64,000 bases of DNA from Oceanispirochaeta sp. GTDB taxonomy: Bacteria; Spirochaetota; Spirochaetia; DSM-2461. Made by a program: the position numbers and the translations under genes. This document shows, piece after piece, positions 33,666 through 44,041 of this stretch (the stretch's first letter is position 1; every line of letters starts with the position of its first letter). A model generated the notes under the pieces. The model worked only from the letters and a program-made list of their open reading frames with translations. It was not told the DNA's origin and ran no database searches. The stretch lies in assembly GCA_963663385.2 (NCBI GenBank), contig CAXXXD010000002.1:1248001-1312000 (forward strand), read 5' to 3'.

Positions 33666-34672
33666 CTGCCGTTTATTTCCGGATCTATCGGGTATTTGAT
33701 CCGGTTGAAATACAGATACCAGATATTGATCCTGTACGACCATCCTCCGGTTCTGAGATATGCTTCCGATTCATTGGATCCCGATTCTAGGTTTCTATTA
33801 TACCAGACAGAAGATTTGAGAAAATAGGCCAGCTCCATCGGGATCTGGGTAAAGGGATCATAACGGTCCTGTCCCCATCCCATCATAAAGAAATCTTCCG
33901 CCATATACCTATTTAATCGGCTGCTGCTTCTGTTGTAGATAGCATATTTTATGGATTTGACAAGACCATCAAGGGTTTCCCTTGTCCAGTCCTTTTGGGA
34001 ATAGTGAAATTTCAGATAATGGTTGACTTCGTTATACACATTAGGCTCTCCCGGAATCTTGGTTACCGGAGCATCAAGGAATTTTCTGTAGGAATCGATC
34101 GATTCATCCCATAACCCCTGTTTCTCATAAGCCTTTGCCAGATTGTACAGTACCAGGCCCCTGTCGATATCAGGGGAAAAACGATCCAGCAGTTCCTGGT
34201 TGTATTCAATTTCCTGAAGGCTTCCCGGCCTCCAGGAAAGGAGCTTTTTCAAAGTGAACAGATGAATTGACCGGCCTTTAAGGATAAGATCATCATAATT
34301 TGTCAGCAGGCGGTTGTAGTATATGGATGCACTTTCTATAAGCCCCTCATCTTCGTAGAGGGAACCGAGTACCAGTAGGTAGTAGCAGTTGTAGGAGTCC
34401 TCCGGGTAATCGTGAAGGTATTGATTTAAAAACAGTTTCAGCTCTTTAATGAAAGATCCGGAACGATATTGGCAGATTATCTGTTCCATTATTCCGTATC
34501 TCTGTACTTCTTCCTGCTGTTCATTCAGCATGCTGTTCAGGTTTAACAGCTTTTTATCAATTTCTTTTTCTCCAGTCAGCCAGGGTAGTGTAATCTCACT
34601 GGTGGAACAGGCTGAAAGGAGGAGGACAGAACATAAAAAAAATATATAAAAAGGGTAAAAAGTCTTTCTCAT
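33626..34672 (-). CDS. TPR-containing lipoprotein
   Basis: Lipobox LLSAC; TPR-like helices (LYNLAKAYEKQG); conserved-looking C-terminus WEWAGIYFG. Confidence 0.75.
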   Translation of the reverse strand: MRKTFYPFYIFFLCSVLLLSACSTSEITLPWLTGEKEIDKKLLNLNSMLNEQQEEVQRYGIMEQIICQYRSGSFIKELKLFLNQYLHDYPEDSYNCYYLLVLGSLYEDEGLIESASIYYNRLLTNYDDLILKGRSIHLFTLKKLLSWRPGSLQEIEYNQELLDRFSPDIDRGLVLYNLAKAYEKQGLWDESIDSYRKFLDAPVTKIPGEPNVYNEVNHYLKFHYSQKDWTRETLDGLVKSIKYAIYNRSSSRLNRYMAEDFFMMGWGQDRYDPFTQIPMELAYFLKSSVWYNRNLESGSNESEAYLRTGGWSYRINIWYLYFNRIKYPIDPEINGRWEWAGIYFGDRL

Positions 34673-34808
34673 TTTAAAATTGATAGTAGCATGAGGGGGA
34701 TTGCATGACAAGACATGAACTATTTTGGAACATTTGGAGAATTACTTTGACAGGGATTGAGATATTTTTTAAATTATTATTGGAAAGAAGTAAAAAAGGA
34801 GCATAGAA

Positions 34809-36899
34809 ATGGATCATAAATCTCATGATTTCATAGAAGGGACCAGGCAGCTTGTTGATAAGGCTCAGGAACATGTTGATGAGAGGCTCAGCCGGACTTT
34901 CCCCTCCTTTCGCCTGACTGCAGCTGTTGTCAGCAGCGGGATTTATACGGGGCTCGTTTTATTCAGTATGCTGCTGGACTCATTCGGGCTGGTGGAAGGA
35001 ATAAACGGTGTCGAAAAAAAGGCCATAATTCATTTCCTCGGTTTCTTTCTGATAGGGGAACTAGGTATACCTCTGCTGGGAATCAATCTTTTTATAAAAA
35101 TCTATCTGAAGCCGGTAAAAGAGCAGTATCAGGCCTATTTCAATACAAAGAAAATTGAGGATCAGGACTCTTACTGGAAAGCCGTTCGTCGTTTTGACAG
35201 GTTTAATACCTATCTGGCTGTAATCATTCTTTTCTTCTTTCTTTCAGGGAATTCATGGGGAATTGAAATTGGCGGGAATTCCGGGATGTCTGTCCTGTTC
35301 TATATTCTAACGAGGATCAGTCTTGTAACAGTTATGATTATTTTTAATGTGATCTGTATCAATTTATTTGTCAGAAGACGGCTGTTGTATATTCTGGATG
35401 TGTATGAAATAAAAACCAGGCTTAAGTTTACTCAAACCCAGATCTTTTACAATTCGATAATCCCTATTGTACTGATTTTAAATGTAATGTTCGTCTTTAC
35501 AGATGTCACTCTCCGGATTGTTGATACCGGACAGGACCGAATGGAGAAAATACAGGAAATGGCTCTGAAAATGACGGGAGGGTCCCATAAAATCAGTTAT
35601 GAAGATATGCCATTGCCTCCTCCCGGAGAAGGAATGAAGGAACTTTCAGCCCATCTGCTTGCTAAAGGGTATGCCATGCTGATTTTTTTACTACTTTGCC
35701 AGAGTGCACTTCTTTATACATTCCTTGGAATCCTTCAAAACAGACAGATGAAGGATCTGCACAGGAAAATGGCTGATATGGCTGACGGCAGCGGAGATCT
35801 TACCAAGCAGATTAAAATACTCGAGATTGATGATTTGGCAGTTGTTATTTCTCACTTTAACCAGTTTATTGGAAATATGAGAGAGAAGCTTCTTCTTGTA
35901 CAGAATGCAACCTCACGGGTAACTCGTTCTTCAGACACCCTGTTCAACGAGCTGCAGAATACTTCCGCCGCTACCGAGGAAATGGTAGCCTCGGTTGAGC
36001 AGATTAACAGAACGACCGGCAATCGGGCTTCCCTTGTGGAACAGACAGGGGATAATCTGCGAAGTATGATTGAATCTCTCAATCAGGTAAAAAACAGTGT
36101 GGATACGCAAGCTACTTTTGTGGAGCAGACTTCCAGTGCCATAAATCAGATGGCTGCCAGTATACAGTCCGTTACGCAGGCTACCGGAAAAGCCAACGAG
36201 CTGTCCAATCACCTGTCCGATGCCGCATCAGCGGGTGGAAAAGCTGTTAACGATTCCATTGCTGCTGTGAAGGATGTGGAAACCTCCTCGGAAGAGGTTA
36301 ACAATCTTGTGTCCACTATAACTAAAATCGCCAGTCAGACCAATATGCTGGCTATGAATGCAGCTATTGAAGCGGCCCATGCGGGGGACGCAGGACGGGG
36401 ATTTGCTGTTGTTGCAGAAGAGGTCAGGAATTTGGCGGAAAACAGCTCGAACAGCGCCAAACTGATCACCGATCAAATTCAGCAGATGGTCGGAGTCGTC
36501 AATAATGGTGTACAGATGTCGGAAAAGGCCGGAGATGCACTGGCCCGTGTTGTGGGTGATATTAATCAGACCACAGAACTTATCAACGGGATTGCTCTGG
36601 CTATGGACGAGCAGAATGCGGGGGCAACTGAAATCCTCAATTCAATTACATCCCTTGTCGAGGCTACTCAGATAATTAAAAAAATCTCTCAGGAAGAGAT
36701 GGATAAAAACGAGGATATGCAGAAATCCATTGATCAGATAATACAGGCTTTTCAGGAAATCCGGCTGGCTACGGAGGAGCAGACTCAGGGAACAAAAGAT
36801 ATGATACAAACTGTCTCACAACTTCAGGAAGTAGCTCAGGACAACCAGGAAATCGTGAAAATCCTGTCTGAAGCCTTCGGGGGCTTTAAATTGTCCTGA
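34809..36899 (+). CDS. Methyl-accepting chemotaxis protein with multi-pass N-terminus
   Basis: HAMP (GDLTKQI), [38 protein letters not shown]. Confidence 0.93.
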   Translation: MDHKSHDFIEGTRQLVDKAQEHVDERLSRTFPSFRLTAAVVSSGIYTGLVLFSMLLDSFGLVEGINGVEKKAIIHFLGFFLIGELGIPLLGINLFIKIYLKPVKEQYQAYFNTKKIEDQDSYWKAVRRFDRFNTYLAVIILFFFLSGNSWGIEIGGNSGMSVLFYILTRISLVTVMIIFNVICINLFVRRRLLYILDVYEIKTRLKFTQTQIFYNSIIPIVLILNVMFVFTDVTLRIVDTGQDRMEKIQEMALKMTGGSHKISYEDMPLPPPGEGMKELSAHLLAKGYAMLIFLLLCQSALLYTFLGILQNRQMKDLHRKMADMADGSGDLTKQIKILEIDDLAVVISHFNQFIGNMREKLLLVQNATSRVTRSSDTLFNELQNTSAATEEMVASVEQINRTTGNRASLVEQTGDNLRSMIESLNQVKNSVDTQATFVEQTSSAINQMAASIQSVTQATGKANELSNHLSDAASAGGKAVNDSIAAVKDVETSSEEVNNLVSTITKIASQTNMLAMNAAIEAAHAGDAGRGFAVVAEEVRNLAENSSNSAKLITDQIQQMVGVVNNGVQMSEKAGDALARVVGDINQTTELINGIALAMDEQNAGATEILNSITSLVEATQIIKKISQEEMDKNEDMQKSIDQIIQAFQEIRLATEEQTQGTKDMIQTVSQLQEVAQDNQEIVKILSEAFGGFKLS

Positions 36900-36910
36900 T
36901 GCCTGATGAA

Positions 36911-38104
36911 TCAGCAAATGCCTTCCAGTTCAAGGAAGGCTTTTGTAAAGTTTTCGGATTGATCGATACGGTCTCCCGAACCCTGCCAGAGAGGTCCTTT
37001 CCCTCCGCCTTTTCCTCCTATAAGGGATAGACAGTTCTTTTTAAACTGATCGAAGTGAAACTCACTGTCACGGGGAAGGTAGAGGGCCCACTGAATACGT
37101 TTTTTTGATTTCATGGTCAGAAGAAATGAGATTCCCTCTACTTCGCTCATCTTTTTTACAGTTTGTTTAAAAAACTCAGATGATCTTTCAGGAAGTTCCT
37201 GTGCGATAAGGGGCGGATAGTGGGTAATTGATTCACAAAGGGTTTTTACCATGTTTTCAGCAGATAAATTTTCCAGGTTTTTAATCCGTTCAGCCATTTC
37301 CGATTTCTCCTTTATTATATTATTGATTCGATCCGTGAGTGTATCGGTCTGTGAACACACCAGACTATTGATACAGTTCACTACAGTATGTTTCTGTCTG
37401 TAATCACTGTAGGCGGGGTCTCCGATTTTCCAGAAAAGGCGGAGCCTTCCCCGGATTTTTTCCATACCCGTATATTTGATTAAGCCTATTTCTCCAGTTC
37501 GGCCAACATGTACACCACCGCAGGCTGCTGCATCTTTATCGCCTATTTGAACAATTCGGATATTTGAAGCCAGTTTAGTCTCTCTTCTGATTGAGTACTT
37601 TGGAAGTTCAGAGGCATCGGCGGCGATATGGAAGTCTACAGGATGATTTTCACGTATCCACAGGTTTACGTTTTTTTCCACTTTTTCCAGGATATCCTCC
37701 GCCAAATCGGATCGATCCACTTCAATCGTTGTTGAATCTTTACCCAGATGAACAGACAGGGTATTGATGTCATCAGTTTCCTTCAGGGCTGCCGAAATCA
37801 GATGCTGACCCGTATGCTGGACCATAAAGTGATAGCGGGCGTCCCAGTCCAGTTCGCCCGTAACCGGACCTGTTCCGGGATTTTTTTCTGTTATATGGAT
37901 AATCCGGCCATTTTCCTTCTGCACATCCCTGACTGGTACACCGTTTAAAAAACCTCTATCTGCCGGCTGACCGCCACCTTCCGGATAAAAGAGGGTTTGA
38001 TTCAGCTCTATATGCCATGAGCCGTCTATTTCTTCAATTGATTTTATCCGGGCCTGAAACCGGGACTCGTAGGGTTTGATGTAGTACAATGCTGTTTCAT
38101 TCAT
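36911..38104 (-). CDS. Alanyl-tRNA editing protein (AlaX-type) with C-terminal DHHA1-like domain
   Basis: FYPEGGGQPADRG, QHTGQHLIS, ACGGVHV, GGKGGGK. Confidence 0.88.
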   Translation of the reverse strand: MNETALYYIKPYESRFQARIKSIEEIDGSWHIELNQTLFYPEGGGQPADRGFLNGVPVRDVQKENGRIIHITEKNPGTGPVTGELDWDARYHFMVQHTGQHLISAALKETDDINTLSVHLGKDSTTIEVDRSDLAEDILEKVEKNVNLWIRENHPVDFHIAADASELPKYSIRRETKLASNIRIVQIGDKDAAACGGVHVGRTGEIGLIKYTGMEKIRGRLRLFWKIGDPAYSDYRQKHTVVNCINSLVCSQTDTLTDRINNIIKEKSEMAERIKNLENLSAENMVKTLCESITHYPPLIAQELPERSSEFFKQTVKKMSEVEGISFLLTMKSKKRIQWALYLPRDSEFHFDQFKKNCLSLIGGKGGGKGPLWQGSGDRIDQSENFTKAFLELEGIC

Positions 38105-38119
38105 ACTTTAAGAATAACA
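38102..38119 (-). promoter_or_regulatory. Extended -10 promoter, probably leaderless
   Basis: TG-t-TATTCT, 6 nt, ATG; no SD. Confidence 0.55.
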
Positions 38120-38500
38120 GATCACCTTGGGGCTGGAAAGTGAAATTCCCCTTTGGGGCATAGTGTAAATCCACCATTTTGTATGAGTTGCCCGGTCTCT
38201 TTCGAAACCGGGCGGGGAAGACAATTGGTCCGGCCCTGTATCAAGCCGAATCAATCTCACAAGCATATACTCCTTTGTATATATTGGCAACGTTAGCGAT
38301 ATCATGACTGGTGCTGTAAATAAGGATACTCCTGTCTGCCTGGTCTGATTGTACCGCACCGCCTGTTACCGGCCTCTGAGCCGTACAGAATTGGTGTTCG
38401 GGAAAGGGGAAACGTTTACAGGCCTGCCTGCAGCACAGTTTCAGATGATAGAAATCCAGTTTCAGGCTTGCAGGAAGCAAAAATGTTATATAATTGGAAT

Positions 38501-39250
38501 ATGAGGAAATTTCTCATCCTGTTCCTTATACTTTTATTATCCCCTCTTGCTGCAGAGAAAGAGAATATAACATTGGCTACAGTGAACTGGCTTCCCTTTT
38601 TTGGAGAGGAACTGCCGAAGCAGGGATTTCTTTCTACTTTGTGCCGGGAAGCATTCCGAAGAGCCGGATACGAACTCGAAATAAGATTCATTCCCTGGAT
38701 ACGCGCTCTGGAAATGGCAAAATACGGGTATTACGACGGTGTTATGGGCGTTTATTACAGTGATGAAAGGACACGGTATTACCATTATACAGATCCTATT
38801 TATAAAATTCAGGAAGTTTTTGTTGTACGTAAGGATTTCCCGTTTGAGTATTCGGAGCTTGAAGATCTTATGGGCATGAGTGTCGGCATTATTAAGGGTT
38901 ATAGTTATGAACCGGAGCTAAGGGCCATGGGACTGCAGCTCGAAGCTACAATGGACGATACCCGGAATCTGAGACAGCTTTTTTACTCCAGAATTGATAT
39001 TGTCATTATTGAGCAGAACCGATTGCTATATCTTTTAAACAAGGATGAGAAGCTGCAGCCCTTTCGTGGCAAATACACCATTCTTGACATTCCTTTCAAG
39101 ACCTTTGATCTTTATTGCACCATAAGCCGAACCCGTGATGACGGAGCGGAAATTGTGGATAAATTCAACAAGGCACTGCGGGAGATGCGTGCTGACGGGG
39201 CCTATGAGGAGATCGAAAGGCGTTTTCGATTTTCATTTGCTCCGGATTAG
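38501..39250 (+). CDS. Orphan family-3 type periplasmic substrate-binding protein
   Basis: Signal peptide, NWLPF, PWIRAL, GIIKGYSY, FNKALREM; TATAAT 6 nt before ATG 38501. Confidence 0.82.
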   Translation: MRKFLILFLILLLSPLAAEKENITLATVNWLPFFGEELPKQGFLSTLCREAFRRAGYELEIRFIPWIRALEMAKYGYYDGVMGVYYSDERTRYYHYTDPIYKIQEVFVVRKDFPFEYSELEDLMGMSVGIIKGYSYEPELRAMGLQLEATMDDTRNLRQLFYSRIDIVIIEQNRLLYLLNKDEKLQPFRGKYTILDIPFKTFDLYCTISRTRDDGAEIVDKFNKALREMRADGAYEEIERRFRFSFAPD

Positions 39251-39385
39251 TGAATTCCTTTCTGTTTCCGATTCCCTTTTAATACGGATAAACAAGGTAC
39301 AGAAATCACAAAAAAAGGTGGATATTTTCTAAATACGACCGGAAAAAACAGTCCTAACATGAATGAAAAAAACATGGAGGACTTT

Positions 39386-40354
39386 ATGAAAAAGTTATCA
39401 GTTGTATTTTTAATTGTGGCTCTTTGCAGCGGTTTTGCTTTTGCTGAAGGACAGCAGGAAGCCGCAGCGGATGATGGTAAATTGGTAGTCGGATTTGCCC
39501 AGATCGGACAGGAGTCTGGATGGAGAGATGCCGAAACTTCTTCTATTCAGTGGTACGCTTCAAGAAACCTGGATACAATCCAGCTGCATTTTGCCGATGC
39601 CCAGCAGAAACAGGAAAACCAGATCAAAGCGCTTCGTTCCTTTATCGATATGGGTGTCGATGTTATTGGTCTTGCTCCCGTTGTTGAAACCGGATTCGAC
39701 GCTGTTCTTATGGAAGCAAAAGAAGCCGGTATCCCTGTAATTTTTGTAGACCGGAAAGCCGATGTGGCAGATAATCTGTATACTTCTTTTATCGGTTCCG
39801 ACTTTATCCAGGAAGGACAGGATGCTGCAAAAGAGATGGCTGAACTGCTGGGTGGAAAAGGAAAAATCGTTGAACTGGAAGGTACAGTCGGGGCATCTGC
39901 CGCCAATGACAGAAAAACAGGTTTTCATCAGGCAGTCAATTCCAATTATCCGGGAATAGAAATTCTCGATTCACAGACCGGTGATTTTACCAGAGCCAGG
40001 GGCAAGGAAGTTATGGAATCCTTCCTTAAAACCTATGGAAACGAAATAAGCGGTGTTTACGCGCACAACGATGATATGATGCTCGGAGCTATTGAGGCTA
40101 TCAAAGAGGCTGGTCTGAAACCCTCTGTCGATATTAAAACAGTATCCATTGACGGTGTAAAAGGTATTTTCGAAGCCATGGCTTCCGGTGAAGCCAATGT
40201 TACGGTTGAATGTAATCCTCTTCTTGGACCCCAATTTTTCGAGGCTGCCATGTCTCTTAAAGCTGGTGAGACTCTTCCCAGATGGATCAAATCAGACGAA
40301 GGGATCTACAGAGCAGAAACTGCTGCTGCCGATCTGCCTACCAGATCTTATTAA
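39386..40354 (+). CDS. ytfQ: Sugar ABC transporter substrate-binding protein, YtfQ (galactofuranose)-like
   Basis: GFAQIGQESGWRDAET, DAQQKQENQIKA, QTGDFTR, AHNDDM, VECNPLLGP; SD GGAGG. Confidence 0.85.
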   Translation: MKKLSVVFLIVALCSGFAFAEGQQEAAADDGKLVVGFAQIGQESGWRDAETSSIQWYASRNLDTIQLHFADAQQKQENQIKALRSFIDMGVDVIGLAPVVETGFDAVLMEAKEAGIPVIFVDRKADVADNLYTSFIGSDFIQEGQDAAKEMAELLGGKGKIVELEGTVGASAANDRKTGFHQAVNSNYPGIEILDSQTGDFTRARGKEVMESFLKTYGNEISGVYAHNDDMMLGAIEAIKEAGLKPSVDIKTVSIDGVKGIFEAMASGEANVTVECNPLLGPQFFEAAMSLKAGETLPRWIKSDEGIYRAETAAADLPTRSY

Positions 40355-40399
40355 AAATCTTATGCTATCCGGAGTTGCAGCTTCGGGTAGTTATTTGCG

Positions 40400-40440
40400 A
40401 TCCATTGGCAGTCTGGAACAGACTGCCTGGATACTTTTTT
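40400..40440 (+). terminator. Hairpin with T tract between binding-protein and ATPase genes
   Basis: ATCCA-TT-GGCAGTCTG-GAA-CAGACTGCC-TGGAT then ACTTTTTT. Confidence 0.6.
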
Positions 40441-40455
40441 GAAAGGAGTTGATGA

Positions 40456-41964
40456 ATGGAGTCCGGTGATTTGCTGGAAATGCATCACATAACCAAGGAA
40501 TTTCCCGGAGTACTGGCGTTGAACAATGTCCACTTTAAACTGGCTCCAGGAGAGATCCATGCCCTTTTAGGGGAAAACGGCGCGGGTAAATCCACGCTGA
40601 TCAAAGTTCTTACAGGAGCGGAAACTCTTACCCAGGGGAATATTCTTCTTAATGGCAGGGAAATAACAGTAAATTCCCCCCTGCATGCCCAGAATCAGGG
40701 AATAAGTACGGTATATCAGGAAGTGAATCTTTGTCCCAACCTGTCGGTAGCGGAGAACATATATATAGGAAGGGAACCTCTTACGGCAGGGGGGCGTATT
40801 GACTGGAAAACAATGCAGTATCGATCACGGGAGCTGCTTGGTGAATTTGATATTGATATTGATGTTACAGTTACGCTGGATAATTACTCTGTTGCCATAC
40901 AGCAGATGGTCGCCATCGCGCGTTCCTGCGATATTTCGGCTAAGGTCCTGATCCTGGATGAACCCACATCCTCTTTGACAGAAGGGGAGGTTATTAAGCT
41001 TTTTGAAACCATGAGGCGGCTCAGGGATCAGGGAATGGGGATTGTTTTTGTGACCCATTTCCTGGACCAGGTGTATGAGGTCTGTGACAGGATAACAGTT
41101 CTGAGGAATGGAGAATATATCTGTACGGAACGCTGTGATGAGCTGAGCCGTATTGACCTTATCAGCCGTATGATAGGAAAAGATTTTTCCGCCTTTTCAG
41201 AAGAAAGTTCCTCATCAATTGCTGCCAAGGAGAAAGAACCTTTTCTTGTGGCAGAAAAAATGTGGGGAAGCAATCGGATCAAACCCTTTGATCTTGAGCT
41301 TTTCAAAGGAGAGATTCTGGGGTTCGCCGGACTGCTTGGTTCCGGCCGAAGCGAAATGGCCAGATTACTATTCGGTGCGGACAAGAGGGACGGAGGTAAC
41401 CTGAAAGTCCGGGGACGGGATATCAGTTTTACCGAACCCTCCGATGCCATACGAGAAGGAATTGCCTTCTGTCCGGAAGACAGGAAAGCCGAAGGGATCA
41501 TAGGGGAACTGTCCATTCGGGAAAATATAATCCTGGCTCTTCAGAGTAAACGGGGAATGACCCGTCCCATCCGGTATAACGAAGCCTGTCGCATTGCAGA
41601 CCGGTTTATCAAACTTTTAAGTATCAAAACACCGGGGCATCAGCAGCTTATCCGAAATCTCAGCGGAGGTAACCAGCAGAAAGTTATTCTGGCCCGCTGG
41701 CTGGCTGCAGAGCCGGAGCTTCTCATACTGGACGAGCCGACCAGAGGAATAGATGTGGGAACCAAACTGGAAATTCAGAAACTGATGAAATCCCTGGCAG
41801 GTGATGGGATGTCCGTTCTTTTTATCTCATCGGAAATTGATGAAATGATGCGTTGCTGTCAAAGGATGGTCGTTTTGCGTGAACGTGAGAAAACAGGTGA
41901 ACTGGCAGGGCAGGATCTGACAGAAACCCGGTTGATGAGGGCTATTGCAGGAGATGAGATATGA
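40456..41964 (+). CDS. ytfR: Sugar ABC transporter ATP-binding protein (YtfR-like)
   Basis: GENGAGKSTL, DEPTSSL, LSGGNQQKV, DEPTRGIDVG. Confidence 0.88.
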   Translation: MESGDLLEMHHITKEFPGVLALNNVHFKLAPGEIHALLGENGAGKSTLIKVLTGAETLTQGNILLNGREITVNSPLHAQNQGISTVYQEVNLCPNLSVAENIYIGREPLTAGGRIDWKTMQYRSRELLGEFDIDIDVTVTLDNYSVAIQQMVAIARSCDISAKVLILDEPTSSLTEGEVIKLFETMRRLRDQGMGIVFVTHFLDQVYEVCDRITVLRNGEYICTERCDELSRIDLISRMIGKDFSAFSEESSSSIAAKEKEPFLVAEKMWGSNRIKPFDLELFKGEILGFAGLLGSGRSEMARLLFGADKRDGGNLKVRGRDISFTEPSDAIREGIAFCPEDRKAEGIIGELSIRENIILALQSKRGMTRPIRYNEACRIADRFIKLLSIKTPGHQQLIRNLSGGNQQKVILARWLAAEPELLILDEPTRGIDVGTKLEIQKLMKSLAGDGMSVLFISSEIDEMMRCCQRMVVLREREKTGELAGQDLTETRLMRAIAGDEI

Positions 41965-43007
41965 AATTGCTACATAAAGTGAGAAGGTCCGGGTATTTCT
42001 GGCCCATGGTGATCTTCCTGGTGATAATCCTGTTTAATATGATTATCTCAGGCGGAGAATTTACACGCATTACTGTAGTAGACGGGCACTATTACGGCAG
42101 GATTATCGATATTCTGAGGAATGGGAGCAAACTGATTCTGCTGGCAATCGGGATGACATTTGTCATCGCATCAGGAGGAATTGATATTTCTGTCGGTTCT
42201 GTGATGGCAATTTCAGGTGCCATTGCCTGTTCTGTCATAAATGGCAATATTCTGCCTTTTCTGAATGGAAATGTAGCCGCTGCGGTACTCCTGGCAGTCC
42301 TGGCAGGAGGTATCAGCGGAGCATGGAACGGTTTCCTTGTTTCCCGGATAAAGATTCAGCCCATGGTAGCCACCCTGATTCTCATGGTTGCCGGAAGAGG
42401 AATCGCCCAGCTGATCACCAAAGGAAAGATTATAACCGTTAACTCGGATTCCTTTTACTTTATCAATGGCGGATATATCTTTGGATTGCCGTTTCCTCTT
42501 TATCTGGTTCTATTCGTATTGGTTGTGTCTGTTCTGTTTACAAAAAAAAGCGCTTTCGGACTTTTTCTGGAATCCGCCGGATTGAACGGGGCATCCAGCC
42601 GGCTGGCGGGAATTCCAGTCTTCAGGGTAAAACTGCTGGCCTATATATTCTGTTCTGCCGCTGCCGCGGGAGCCGGTTTGATTGAATCGGCGGGGATACG
42701 CGGTGCAGACTGCAATAATGCCGGTCTTATGATAGAACTGGATGCTATTCTGGCTGTTGCTATAGGGGGGACATCCCTGAGCGGCGGTCGTTTTTCCCTG
42801 GCGGCCAGTGTATTCGGTGCCTTGATAATTCAGAGTATCACCACAACAATCTATGCCCTTGGTGTGCCGCCGGAGGTTATACAGCTGGTAAAGGCTATGC
42901 TGGTTATTATCATCTGCCTGTCCCAGTCTCCCGAAGTTAAAAAAATATCCCTTTCGCCCTTGTTTGTGGGATATTCGGCAATACAGAAAAAGGCGGCTCT
43001 CAAATGA
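41961..43007 (+). CDS. ytfT: Sugar ABC transporter permease (YtfT-like)
   Basis: GGIDISVGS, IQPMVATLILMVAGRGIAQLIT, ELDAILAVAIGGTSL. Confidence 0.85.
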   Translation: MKLLHKVRRSGYFWPMVIFLVIILFNMIISGGEFTRITVVDGHYYGRIIDILRNGSKLILLAIGMTFVIASGGIDISVGSVMAISGAIACSVINGNILPFLNGNVAAAVLLAVLAGGISGAWNGFLVSRIKIQPMVATLILMVAGRGIAQLITKGKIITVNSDSFYFINGGYIFGLPFPLYLVLFVLVVSVLFTKKSAFGLFLESAGLNGASSRLAGIPVFRVKLLAYIFCSAAAAGAGLIESAGIRGADCNNAGLMIELDAILAVAIGGTSLSGGRFSLAASVFGALIIQSITTTIYALGVPPEVIQLVKAMLVIIICLSQSPEVKKISLSPLFVGYSAIQKKAALK

Positions 43008-43978
43008 ATATAAGACAAAGACTTAATCGGATTAGTATCCTGACCATCACGATAACCCTGTTCATCATCCTTTATCTTGGGGGGATTATGCGGTACGGTT
43101 TTAATGTATCCACCTTTCTCAATCTTTTTAACGATAATGCTTTTCTTGTAATTGCTACGGTGGGGATTTTTTTTGTCCTTCTGACCGGCGGGATTGATAT
43201 TTCCATATCTTCGGTTCTGGCTTTTACCTGTGTACTTTCTGCCTATATGCTGCAGAACGGTCATTCTCCCTATTTTATAATGCCGCTGGTATTGTTCATT
43301 GGGTTTACCTTTGGTGCCCTTCAGGGATTTCTGATTGTTCATTTCAAGCTGCAGCCCTTTATTGTGACACTGGCAGGCTTATTCTCAATGAGAGCTCTCT
43401 GTTCGGTAATCAGCAAGGCAGCCATACCAATCAAGGATCCCTTCTATCTGAAAATCGCACTGGCAAAATTCCGTTTCAAACTGGGAGGACATAATGCCAA
43501 ACTCTACTACTATGCAATCCTGGCGCTAATAGTTGTTCTTATCGCGGCTTATGTGCTCAGATTTTCCAAATTCGGAAGAACCGTTTACGCTGTAGGGGGA
43601 AATGAGCTTTCAGCCTCCCTTATGGGGCTTCCCGTTAAGCGGACAAAAATCCTGGTCTATGCCATTTCAGGTTTCTGCGCATCCCTGGGAGGTGTTCTTT
43701 ACAGCCTCTATACTCTGGCCGGCTATTCACTGCAGAATCTGGGGCTGGAACTTGATGCTATTTCGTCCGCGGTTATTGGTGGAACTCTTCTTACTGGTGG
43801 TGTCGGATCTGTGTTCGGAGCCATGATCGGCGTTCTGATACAGGGGTTGATACAAACGGTGGTAACCTATCAGAATCTGAATACCTGGTGGACGAAAGTA
43901 ACTATTGCCGGACTCTTATTTCTGTTTATCGTTATTCAACGACTTATGGCGGTAAAAAACCATCAGGTTAAAACATAA
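43004..43978 (+). CDS. yjfF: Sugar ABC transporter permease (YjfF-like)
   Basis: DNAFL, GGIDIS, QPFIVTLAG, ELDAISSAVIGGTLLTGG, WWTK. Confidence 0.85.
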   Translation: MNIRQRLNRISILTITITLFIILYLGGIMRYGFNVSTFLNLFNDNAFLVIATVGIFFVLLTGGIDISISSVLAFTCVLSAYMLQNGHSPYFIMPLVLFIGFTFGALQGFLIVHFKLQPFIVTLAGLFSMRALCSVISKAAIPIKDPFYLKIALAKFRFKLGGHNAKLYYYAILALIVVLIAAYVLRFSKFGRTVYAVGGNELSASLMGLPVKRTKILVYAISGFCASLGGVLYSLYTLAGYSLQNLGLELDAISSAVIGGTLLTGGVGSVFGAMIGVLIQGLIQTVVTYQNLNTWWTKVTIAGLLFLFIVIQRLMAVKNHQVKT

Positions 43979-44041
43979 CTTTACAAATTTTACCGGATAA
44001 CCTTACTATGGAGAAGCAAATTCAAGGAGGATTACCGTATC

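Noticed and set aside
38108..38359. Leader peptide ORF upstream of the AlaX-type gene
   Set aside because: SD spacing for the internal ATG is only 3 nt and an extended -10 sits directly before the downstream ATG
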